Source: Verrucomicrobiales bacterium (GTDB lineage Bacteria; Verrucomicrobiota; Verrucomicrobiia; Limisphaerales; J093). From it: a DNA stretch of 64,000 nucleotides. The DNA is taken from the NCBI GenBank assembly GCA_037439785.1, contig JBBIVJ010000025.1, forward strand, positions 5,935-69,934, in the 5' to 3' direction. Below, piece after piece: positions 8,626-18,100 of this stretch. Both the position numbers and the translations under genes were made by a program. A model generated the notes under the pieces. It did not search any database and had not been told where the DNA came from. It saw only the letters and a list, made by a program, of their open reading frames with translations. Within the stretch, counting starts at the first letter, position 1. Each line of letters starts with the position of its first letter.

Positions 8626-9243
8626 TCAGGCGCCGTCCAGGAGTCCGGTGGCGGCCAGCGCTGCGCGAGAGGCGGCGGGGTCCTGGTGCACCACCGCCTG
8701 CCAGCCCAGGGCGCGGGCGGTGGCGACGTTTTCGGGGCGGTCGTCGAAATAAAACAACTCGGGGCCGCGCCGGCCGCTGAGTGCCTCGGCCACGCGGTAG
8801 AGGGCGGGATCGGGCTTCATGGCGTGGTGTTCGTAGGAGAGCACGTAGCCGTTGAAGCCGGCAAACCACGGGTAGCGGGCGCGGATGTGCTCGATGGCCA
8901 GCTCGTTGGTGTTCGAAAGCACGTAGGTGGGCATGCCCCGGGAGCGCAGTTCGGCGTGCAGGCGGATCATCGGCTCGATCGGGGTGAAGATGTCGCCAAA
9001 GCCGGTGCGGAACTCCGCCTCGGTGCCCTGGTAGCCGGTGGCGGCGGTGAGGCGGGCGACGAACTCGCGGGTGCTGAGCCGGCCGGTTTCGTAATCCACC
9101 AGCAGGGAGTCTTCCAGCAGCCGCCGGTACAGTTCCGCAGCGTCCACCCGGCAGCGGGGCAGGAAGCGGCGGAGGGCGATCTGGTAATCGAAATCGAGCA
9201 GGACCTTGCCGAGGTCGAAGATGACGGCCCGGGGACGTGTCAT
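8626..9243 (-). CDS. HAD-superfamily hydrolase (subfamily IA-like)
   Basis: 'AVIFDLGKVLLDFD' is HAD motif I (DxG variant), 'VLSNTN' is motif II, and 'FYFDDRPENV' is motif IV. Start taken at MTRPRAV, because the longer ORF-track start overlaps recR. Confidence 0.8.
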   Translation of the reverse strand: MTRPRAVIFDLGKVLLDFDYQIALRRFLPRCRVDAAELYRRLLEDSLLVDYETGRLSTREFVARLTAATGYQGTEAEFRTGFGDIFTPIEPMIRLHAELRSRGMPTYVLSNTNELAIEHIRARYPWFAGFNGYVLSYEHHAMKPDPALYRVAEALSGRRGPELFYFDDRPENVATARALGWQAVVHQDPAASRAALAATGLLDGA

Positions 9244-9281
9244 GGGAAAGACGGGCGGGGCGAAAGGCCGGCGGGGCCGGC

Positions 9282-9881
9282 TCAGGTCAGGGGTTGGCGG
9301 CCGGCCAGGGCGTGGCTGAGGGTCAGTTCGTCTGCGTACTCGAGGCCGCTGCCCACCGGCAGGCCGTGGGCGAGGCGGGTGACGCGGACCCCGCGCGGGG
9401 CCAGGAGCCGGGCCAGGTAGTGGCAGGTGGCGTCGCCTTCGACGTCGGTGGGCAGGGCCAGGATGACTTCCCGCACACCCTCGGGCGCCAGGCGGTCTTC
9501 GAGTTCGCGCACCCGCAGGTCCTCGGGCTCGACGCCGTTGAGGGGGGAAATTTTGCCGCCCAGCACGTGGTAACGGCCCCGGAAGCCCCCGGCCTTTTCC
9601 AGCAGGAGGATGTCCACCGGCCGTTCGACCACGCAGAGAGTGGCGGGGTCGCGGCGGGCATCCGCACAGAGGGCGCAGGGCTGGGATTCGGTCAGCGCGC
9701 CGCAACGCTGGCAGGTCTGCACCCGTTCGCGGGTCTCGAGCAGCGCCCGGGCGAGGCGGCGGCTCAGCTCGGGCGGGGCCTGGACCAGGAACAGGGCCAG
9801 ACGCTCGGCGGAGCGGGGGCCGATGCCGGGCAGTTCCCCCAGCGTGGTCAGGAGGGTTTGAAGGGCGGGCGGCAGGGTCAC
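9282..9881 (-). CDS. recR: recombination protein RecR
   Basis: 'LGELPGIGPRSAERLALFL' helix-hairpin-helix, C4 zinc finger 'CQRCGALTESQPCALC', and Toprim region 'VILALPTDVEGDATCHYL'. Confidence 0.95.
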   Translation of the reverse strand: MTLPPALQTLLTTLGELPGIGPRSAERLALFLVQAPPELSRRLARALLETRERVQTCQRCGALTESQPCALCADARRDPATLCVVERPVDILLLEKAGGFRGRYHVLGGKISPLNGVEPEDLRVRELEDRLAPEGVREVILALPTDVEGDATCHYLARLLAPRGVRVTRLAHGLPVGSGLEYADELTLSHALAGRQPLT

Positions 9882-9924
9882 GGGCAGGGGCGGGCGGCGG
9901 ACACCGCGACGCAGCGGGGCAAAC

Positions 9925-10236
9925 TCACAGCAGGCCCGGCAGGCCGGCGCCGCCGGTGACCTTGCTCATCTCGGCGGCGGCGGTTTCGCGGGCCCGTTGC
10001 AGGGCCTGGTTGACGGCCACCAGCACCAGGTCTTCGAGCAGGGCGGGGTCGGAAGGGGTGATGGCCTGGGGGTCAATGCGGAGCGCGGCCAGGGTGCCGT
10101 CACACCGCGCAGTGGCCCGCACCACCCCGCCGCCGCTGGTGGCCTCGACCGTCCGCTGCGCCAGTTCCGCCTGCACGGCCTGCATCTGCTGCTGCATCCG
10201 CGCGGCCTGTTTCATCAGTTTGCCCAGGCTCGACAT
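9925..10236 (-). CDS. ybaB: YbaB/EbfC family nucleoid-associated protein
   Basis: 103 aa. 'LMKQAARMQQQMQAVQAEL...VEATSGGGVV' is typical of the family, and the gene sits between dnaX and recR as in many bacteria. Confidence 0.9.
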   Translation of the reverse strand: MSSLGKLMKQAARMQQQMQAVQAELAQRTVEATSGGGVVRATARCDGTLAALRIDPQAITPSDPALLEDLVLVAVNQALQRARETAAAEMSKVTGGAGLPGLL

Positions 10237-10245
10237 GCGAGCAGT

Positions 10246-12063
10246 CTAGGAGGTGGCGGGGGGCGGGGCAACCACGCGGGCGATGCGGCCCTTGAAGATT
10301 TCCACGGCCTGCCGGATCAGCGGGTCGTCCTTGAACGTCGCCGGGTCCAGCTCGACGGGTTTCGCCGGCGCCGGGGCCGGTGCCGCGGGGGAATCGGCTT
10401 CCGCGGCCTCCGCACCCGGGCCGGGCGCCGGGGCGGGAGGCGGGGCCGGGGGAGTGGAGGAAGGGGGAGGGGTCCTGACCGGAGGCTCGGCCTGTACGAA
10501 ATTCACCCGCGGGACGCGTGCACCGCGGGCGCGCAGCAGCGACTCGAGTTGGTCGCGGTTGCGGGGGCTGTTGAGCAGGGGCAGCAAGTGGGCCTCGCCA
10601 GGGGGCAGGCCGAGGGTGAGCCGTTCGCCCTGGAAAGAGACCGGAAAGGCGCGCTGGAGGTGGGCGTGCAACAACACGCTGGCGGCCCGGACGGCCTCGA
10701 GGAAGCCGCTCCACCAGCCTGCCAGATCGGTCGCGGGGTCGGCAGAAGGGGCGGGCGCCGCGGCTTCCGCCTCCGGGGCGCGGGGCGCGTCCGCGGGGGG
10801 GGGCGTTTCGTGCAGGGCGGAGTCCGCCGCGGGGTCAGGCAGGTCGGCGCGGGTCGGCGGCGGAGGCGGAGAAGCCGACGTGGCCGCAGGCGGGGCGGGG
10901 GTGGTTGCCGGGGCCTCGGCAGTGCTGTGGCGCAGGGCCTGGAGCCGGTCCAGGACGGTGTCCAGGCGGACAGCCTGGCGGGTCTGGATGGCTTTCCAGA
11001 GGGCGACTTCGAGGGCGATTTTTTTGGAGAGTACCTCGCGCAAACGGCCCTCGGCCTCGGTGAGGACTTCCATCATGCGAGCGACGGCGTCAGGGGTGGT
11101 GCGGGTGGCCTGGGTCTGGAGGGCGGCCAGGTCGGCCTCGCTGACCTCGATCAGGTCGCCGTCGCCGCGGGTGACCAGGTACACGAGCAGGTTGCGGCAG
11201 TGCTGGAGGAGGTCGGCCAGGAGGCGGCCGAGGTCCTTGCCGGCGCGGGTCAGGTCATCGAGGCGCCGGAACGCCTCGGCCGCCCGGCCGTCCACCAGCG
11301 CGTCGGCCAGGGCCAGCACCTGGTCCCGTGAAGCCAGGCCGAACATGCCCAGGACGTCGGCCTCGACGATTTCGTGACCGCAAAAGCTGATGAGCTGGTC
11401 CAGGGCGGACTCGGCGTCGCGCATGCCGCCGTCGGCGCCGCGGGCGATGGCCTGGAGGGCGGCCGGTTCGACGCGGATGCCTTCGCGGGCGGCGATGTCG
11501 GCAAGGTGCCGGACGATGAGGTGGGAGGGGATGCGGCGGAGATCGAAGCGCTGACAGCGGGAGAGGATGGTGGGCAGGACCTTCTCGGGGTCGGTGGTGG
11601 CGAACATGAACTTCACGTGCGCCGGGGGTTCCTCGAGGGTTTTGAGCAGCGCGTTGAAGGCGGCCGCGCTGAGCATGTGCACCTCGTCAATGATGTAGAT
11701 TTTGAAGCGGGCGGCCGCGGGGGCGAACTGGCAGGTCTCGCGCAGCTCGCGCACCTGTTCGACGCCGTTGTTGCTGGCGCCGTCAATCTCGAGCACGTCC
11801 AACGAGCGGCCCTCGGCGATCTCGCGGCAGCGGGGGTCATCCCCGGCAAAGTCCACCTTCGGGCCGTCCGTGCAGTTGAGGCATTTGGCGAAGATGCGGG
11901 CGATGGTGGTCTTGCCGGTGCCGCGGGGTCCGCAAAACAGGTAGGCATGGGCGATGCGGCCGGAGCGGATGGCATTGGCCAGGGTGGTGGTCACGTGCTC
12001 CTGACCGACCACTTCTTCGAAGCGTTGCGGCCGGTATTTGCGGGCGAGAACCTGGTAACTCAT
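10246..12063 (-). CDS. dnaX: DNA polymerase III subunit gamma/tau
   Basis: 'MSYQVLARKYRPQRFEEVVGQEHV', Walker A 'CGPRGTGKTT', zinc module 'CLNCTDGP...C', and 'IIDEVHMLS'. Start set at MSYQ. Confidence 0.92.
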   Translation of the reverse strand: MSYQVLARKYRPQRFEEVVGQEHVTTTLANAIRSGRIAHAYLFCGPRGTGKTTIARIFAKCLNCTDGPKVDFAGDDPRCREIAEGRSLDVLEIDGASNNGVEQVRELRETCQFAPAAARFKIYIIDEVHMLSAAAFNALLKTLEEPPAHVKFMFATTDPEKVLPTILSRCQRFDLRRIPSHLIVRHLADIAAREGIRVEPAALQAIARGADGGMRDAESALDQLISFCGHEIVEADVLGMFGLASRDQVLALADALVDGRAAEAFRRLDDLTRAGKDLGRLLADLLQHCRNLLVYLVTRGDGDLIEVSEADLAALQTQATRTTPDAVARMMEVLTEAEGRLREVLSKKIALEVALWKAIQTRQAVRLDTVLDRLQALRHSTAEAPATTPAPPAATSASPPPPPTRADLPDPAADSALHETPPPADAPRAPEAEAAAPAPSADPATDLAGWWSGFLEAVRAASVLLHAHLQRAFPVSFQGERLTLGLPPGEAHLLPLLNSPRNRDQLESLLRARGARVPRVNFVQAEPPVRTPPPSSTPPAPPPAPAPGPGAEAAEADSPAAPAPAPAKPVELDPATFKDDPLIRQAVEIFKGRIARVVAPPPATS

Positions 12064-12153
12064 GGGCAACGGCGCGCCGGTGCGGACCCGGCGGAGTGGC
12101 GCCAAGGGTGCGAACCGCACCGCGGCGAGGCAATCGCAAATCCTCCCGACGGG

Positions 12154-12180
12154 GGATCAGACGGATCAGACGGATCGGGG
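12154..12180. repeat. 9-bp tandem repeat GGATCAGAC x2 + GGATCGGGG
   Basis: Three head-to-tail 9-mers, each containing GATC. The array lies 2 nt from the stop codon of the giant minus-strand gene and upstream of dnaX. Confidence 0.9.
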
Positions 12181-12182
12181 GC

Positions 12183-15100
12183 TCACGGCGCCACCAGCCG
12201 GTAGAACCGCGCCGGCTCGCTGGCGGTCAACTGCACCCAGAACTCGAGCGGGCCGGTGCTGCCGGGCAGCACATTGGTGAGCACTTCCCAGGTGCCCTCC
12301 CCCAGCACCGGCCGGCTCTCCAGGCGGTAGGCGCGGCCGGCGGCGGCGTTGAAGGTCAGGTACAGGCGGTTGCCCGTCACCCGCAATCCCAGGATGCGCA
12401 CGCTGAACGCCCGCGGGTCGGTGCCGCCCTGGAACTCGCCGCGGTTGCCCAGGCCATCGCCGTCCGGGTCGCCGTCCGCCCCGTCCACGCCCGCGGCCGA
12501 GTCCGGGTTCAGGCCGTGGGCCAGTTCCCAATCATCGGGCAGGCCGTCGCCGTCGCTGTCGGCATCCGGCGGGGGCGTGGGGCGGCCGGGGTTGGGCCGG
12601 GCGGCGCGCCAGTGGCGGGGTTCGTTGCCGTAGGCGGCGGGGTCGAGCCGGTGCAGGGACAAGCCGGTGCCGGCGGCGCCCGCGGGCCAGGGGGCGGCGG
12701 GGCGGTAGTTCACCGCCTCGACCAGCAACTGCGGCACAAAGCCCGCGTCCGGGTGGGGCGGCTGTTGCGGCGTGTCCGGCCGGTACAGGCTCAGCCGCTC
12801 GCCTTCGTTGGCCAACCGGCCGCCGAAGGGACCAAGGACCGGCGTCGCCTCCGGCAGCTTGTAGCGGGTGCGGAAGGCGGCCAGGGCGTCGGGGTTGCTC
12901 TGAGGGTTGAAGCTCACCAGGACCAGGTAGCCGCCGGCGGGCAGGCTGGCCCCGGCCGGGAAACTGAACTGGATGCCGTCCGCCACCCGCCAGGTGTTGG
13001 TGGGGTAATTCACGTCGTAGAGCGCCACGGGAGCGGGGCCGGGGTTGTGCAGCTCGATGAACTCCTCCCCCGGCACCTCGACCGGGATACCGCCCGCCGT
13101 GGTCACCGGCTGGAACAGGATTTCGGAAATCACCACCGGCCCGACCCGCGGTCCGGCGTTGGGCCGGCCGGTGCCCTGGCGGAACTGTTCGAGACTGGTG
13201 GGCCGGTCCATGCCGAAGGTCCGTTCGCGCAGCGGGACGAAATCCACGCCCGCGCTGGTGGGCACCCGGCCCCAGGACTCGCCGTTTTGTGTCGCGCCAA
13301 GCCGCGCCACCGCCCGCCAGCCGGTGAACGCGCCGGCGGCGTCGGTGGCCGAGAGGTACACCTCGTCGCCGTGGGCGGAGTTGAGGGTGAAGGCCCGGTC
13401 GCCCAGGGCCGGGTCGTTGAACTGCACCTCGTAAAAGACCCGGTAACCGCCGGCGGGCAGGATCGTGCCGGCGGGCAGGCGGTACTTGCGCCAGTGTTCG
13501 AGGCTGTTGCTGAGTTGCCAGCCGCTCAGGTCCACCGGCAACGGGCCGGGGTTGTACACTTCGATGGCGTCCTCCCATGGCGGGTCGGTGTGGCTGAGCA
13601 CCTCGTTGATGACCACCGAGTCGAGCGGCAGGTAGTTGGCCGCGCCGGGCGAGGGAGTCTCCGGGAAGCGGACCAGGTTGGTGCCGCCGTCCGGGAACCG
13701 GCCTTCGCTGACCTCGGGCTCCTGCACCAGCAGGTCCACCGAGTCCACCAGCGCGCTCAGCGGGCTGTAGAGGCGGAGGGTCTCCCCCAGACCGTCCAGG
13801 CGGAAGCCCACGTGGTCGGGGCCCTGGTGGGTGTCGCCATCCGCCACCCAGACCGCATAGCCCTGCGGGGCGAGGAAGGTCAGGGGACGGAGGACGTGGT
13901 TGGTCTGGCCGGCCTGCGAGGGGTCGTCGCTGAGGCGGAAGCGGCCGAGGTCCACGGGCAGGGGTTGCGGATTGTACAGCTCGAGCCAGTCCGCGCCGGC
14001 GGTTTGCGCCAGCCACTCGTTGAGCCGCACGGCGGTGGGATCGCCGAGGGTGGCGGGGGCGGCGTTGACTGCGCCGGGGGTGGGCGTGGCCAGCAACTGC
14101 CAGGTGCCGTCGCGCCGGCCGATGCTGAGGTCTTCCAGCGCGAAGCCGAACTCGACCGCGTCCAGCAACCGACCTTGCGGATCGAACAGGTCCACCTCGC
14201 CGCCCGCGTTGGGGAGGCTGCGTCCGGTGTTGAGCGGGGGGGTGGCGGAGGTCGAGGCCGGCCGCGCGCCGTCACAATCCACCACCAGGAAGCCGCCGGC
14301 AGGGAGGCGGACGCCGGCGGGGAAGGTCCATTGGCCGGACCGGGCAGTGCCCACACTCAGGCTGTAGCCGGCCAGGTCCACGGCGTTGCTGCCCAGGTTG
14401 ACCAGTTCGATCCAGTCCGCCGCCACCGTGGCGCCGGGGCGGCGATAATTCCCGGCCCGGGCCAGCACTTCGTGGAGCTGGAGGGTCGAACTGGTGACCA
14501 CGTAGTTGGGCGCGCCGGGGCTGGCGGAGCCGGGGAACGGCGTCAGCGGCCCGGTGCCGTCGGGCAACAGGCCGGAGGAGACGGCTTCGAGGGCGTTTTT
14601 GTAGGTCAGCCGCTGCCGTTCGTTGCCCAGCGGGTCGTAGAGGACCAGTATGTCGCCGGCGGCGGGGAGGCGGAAATCGAGGTGGTCGGGGCCGGGGTTG
14701 CCATCGGCCCGGAGCACGCCGAAGCCGGCGGGGGCGAGGTAGGAGAGGGCGGTGATTTGTTGAAGGGCGTTGCTGGTGCCGATCCAGAGACCCTGCAGGG
14801 GGGCGGGCAGGGCCGGGTCCCGGTTGAAGAACTCGATCCAGTCATCCTCGCCGGCCGGGGCGTTGGCGAGGAATTCGTTGATCACCACCTGGGCGGCCGC
14901 GGCCAGGGCCGCCGGCTCGTTCGGGGCCAGCGGGGTCGGTTCGGTGAGCTGCCAGGTGGCCGCGGCTCCCACGCGGCCGACGCTGTAGCCGGGGGGCTGG
15001 AGGCCGTAGGTGACGGCGACCACGCGACGGCCCTGGGGATCGGTCAGGCGGAGGGTTTCGCCGGTGCGTTTGAGGGCGAAGGGGGCGCGCAGACCGGGCG

Positions 15101-18100
15101 GGGAACCGCCGGGGTCGCACCACAGGCGCAGATAACTGCCGCCGGCCACGGTGGTGTTGGCGGGGAAGGTGAACACGTTGGTGCCGTCGCCGAACAGCCG
15201 CCAGCCGGCCAGGTTCACCGCCGCGGCGCCGGGGTTGAACAGTTCGATCCAGTCGGGGTTTTGGTTGTCGGTGCCCACGGCGAAGAGCTCGTTGAGGCGG
15301 ACGGCGGGCGGGGCGGGTGTCGAGTTGGGGAGGCCGGGGGTGCCACCGGGGAGGGCGCTGGCGTGCCAGTTGGCCGGGTCATCCGGGTCGCCGGCGGGGT
15401 CGGTGATTTCCAGCGAGGGGCCGTCGCCGTCGGGTTCGGGCGGCCAGGCGCCGGCGTCGTCGTACTCGACGGAGGTGACCACGCGGCCGGTGCGGTCCAG
15501 CAGGGCGAGGCGTTCGCCGCCGTTGGCCAGGGCACCCCGGAACCAGCCGGCCACGGTCACGCCGGGGTAGCGGGTGGCGAAGGCTTTGGTGTTGGCAGCG
15601 TTGGCCAGGACCAGACGCGCGCCGGCGGGCAGGGCGGGGAAGGGTTCGGGGAAGCGGAAGTCCACCCCTTCGAGGGTGAAGCCGCTCAGGTCCACGGGCG
15701 TGCCGCCGAGGTTGGCCAGTTCGAGGAACTCGTAGGCGTCGCCGCCGGGCGGGTTGTACATGATTTCGGTGAAGCGGACCGGCAGGCCGAGGGCCTCGAC
15801 CTGGTAGGCCGCCTCGGCCAGGGCGCTCCATTCGCTGCCGTCCAGTGAGCGGGCCTTGAGGACAAGGTCACCGGTGAGGATCAGCGGCCGGGCGGGGTCG
15901 CAGGCCCGGGCGTCCGGGGCGACGGCGCCGGAGAACATGACGCGGGGGTCGGTGCCATTGGTGGTGTACCAGATGGTGCCGCGAAGGTTGGTGAGGGTGA
16001 GCGCGTAGCCGGCGGGGGCGCGGCCGGCGGGCAAACTGAAGGCGGGGGCGTTGCTCGAGGCCAGCAGGCCGGCGCGGTACAGATGGTCGAGCACGTGGCG
16101 GCGGCGCTGGGGAATCCAGGTGGAGCCGATGCGGTCGTTGAAGCCGCTGATCGAGCCGTTGAGGCGGGCCCTGACGGTGTTGTAACGGGCGCGGATGCGG
16201 GCGTCGGTGAGGGCGCCGTCGTTGAAGAAGTGTTTGTGGACGCGGTCGGCGAAGAGCAGCTTGAACTCGGGGAGGACCTTCAGGGCGTTGAAGAGCCGGG
16301 CAATGTCCGCGGTGCCCCAGGGGGGCGAGGTGGTGGAGAGCTGGTTGGCAATGGTGTTCCAGGTGGGCGAGTGGCCCTGCAGGCCGAAGGCCCATTCGGC
16401 GTCCCAGGGGTAGAAGCGGAAGGGCGCTCCGGGCACGCGCTCGCGGGCCACGCGCCAGTTGTTGTGGGGCCAGTCGTCGTTGTCCGCATAGATCAGCGGG
16501 CAGAGGTAGTCCACGAAGTTGGTCAGGTCCAGGCGGCGGGCCAGTTCGAGGTAGTTGGCGGCGTTGGTGAGGTTCACCGAGGTGGCGAAGCTGCGCAGGC
16601 TGTTCCAGGCGGTGGCGTCGCCCTCGCGGACCTCGCCGCCCTGGGCGATGAGGTCCCAGCGCTCGCCGCCGCCGTGGTAGGCGCGCAGGAAGTCCACATC
16701 CACGCGCTCGCAGGGGTTGTAGTAGCCCTTGTACACGCCGTTGAGAAACAGGTTCACGAACGTGCCCACCGCCGCGGGCTGCCCCACGTCCCGCGCCAGG
16801 CTGCGCACAAACTCGTCGGTCAGGAAGGGGTTGGTGTGATCGTTCATGCCCGCCCGCAGCACGATCGTGTCGAACGATTCCTGGGTGGTGTCCGGGAACA
16901 GGCGCACGTTGAGCCGGCCCTGGCCGTACTCGCCGCGGAAGTACAGGCGGAAGGAGTACTTGTTGAAGGGCAACTGGCCGGACTTGTAGTTGTAGTTGCC
17001 GCGCACGTAATCACCACCCTGCACGCGCAGGCCGCAGTCCACCTGGAACCCGCCGTTGTCGGCCGGGTCAATCCACTCGACCGAGACCGGCCGCTCCCAG
17101 GCCGGGCCGCGGTGGCGGGGGTTGGGCGGCTCCATGATGCCCCGGGAGCCGTAGAGGTGGTTCGAGGCGGTGACCAGGCTCAGCGCCGGCAGCCGCTGCC
17201 GCAGCGCCGGCTGGTTCATCAGGTAGGTGTGGGTGAGCACCCGCGAGGGGAGGGCGTTGGATTTGAAGGCCGCCGCGCGGACCATCCGGGTGGTGGTGAT
17301 GGCGATCGGCCCGGCGTACGCGGCGCCGTTGGTCAGCGAGGGCGGGCTGCCGTCCAGCGTGTAGTGGATCACCGCCCCCGGCGTGGGGCAGTACAGCGAG
17401 AGGTTGAAGGGGCGGGTGAAGAAGCCGCGCCGGGCGCTGAAATGGACCTCGGCCACCGCGCCGGTGATGGTGCTGGTGCCGTTGCGCGCGCCGGGGCTGG
17501 CGGGCAGGAAATACTTCCAGGCCCCGTCCCCGCGCTCGCGGCCGTAGGAGTAATCAGGCCCCTGGACGGGGTACTCGACCTCGCTGACCGCCACGCGCGG
17601 CAGTTCCGGGCCGAACAGGCCCACGTAGCCGCCCTCGGGGATGAGCTTGAAGTTGGTGTGCAACCGCCCGCCCGGCCCGGCCGGCCGGCGGTCCTTGCCC
17701 GAGGCAAACACCACCAGATAGCCGCCCGGCGGCAGGTCCACAGCGGGAAACACCCACTGCCCGGGCTCGTCGCGGTCGCGGCTCAGCGACCAGCCCAGCA
17801 GGTTCACCGGCGTAGCCCCCGCGTTGTGAAGCTCGATCCAATCCTCCGGGTCCGCCTCCTCGTCCCGGTGGGCGGTGAAGTTCTCGGCCATGAACTCGGT
17901 CAGCCGCACCTCCGGCCGCGGCGCCGCGGGATTCACCGTGTACTCCCACCCCGCGCCGTTGAAGGGATGCGGCACCAGCGAGTCGCTGGTGATGCCGTGG
18001 CCCGCCTGCCAGGTCACCTGCGCCGGCCCGGCCGGCGCGGCGCCGGCGGGGAACGTGAAGAGGTACGGCCCGGCGCCGATGCCGGTCAGGTTCGTCGCCG

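Noticed and set aside
11019-11025. A7 run (minus strand 'TCC AAA AAA ATC') in dnaX near the domain III/IV boundary, as a possible programmed frameshift or transcriptional-slippage site for a gamma subunit
   Set aside because: I followed both alternative frames for more than 50 codons downstream and neither reaches a stop. There is no canonical X-XXY-YYZ context and no obvious downstream stem-loop.
12121-12182. Replication-origin-like element because of clustered GATC sites near dnaX
   Set aside because: I saw no DnaA-box-like 9-mers (TTATCCACA variants), no AT-rich unwinding element and no dnaA/dnaN nearby. An identical array also occurs at an unrelated junction (22852-22905).
12096-15848. 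1250-aa plus-strand ORF antisense to the giant LTD/CotH gene
   Set aside because: This is a typical shadow ORF of a high-GC genome. Its translation is low-complexity (Gly/Ala/Arg/Val-rich) with no motifs, whereas the opposite strand encodes clear domain repeats.
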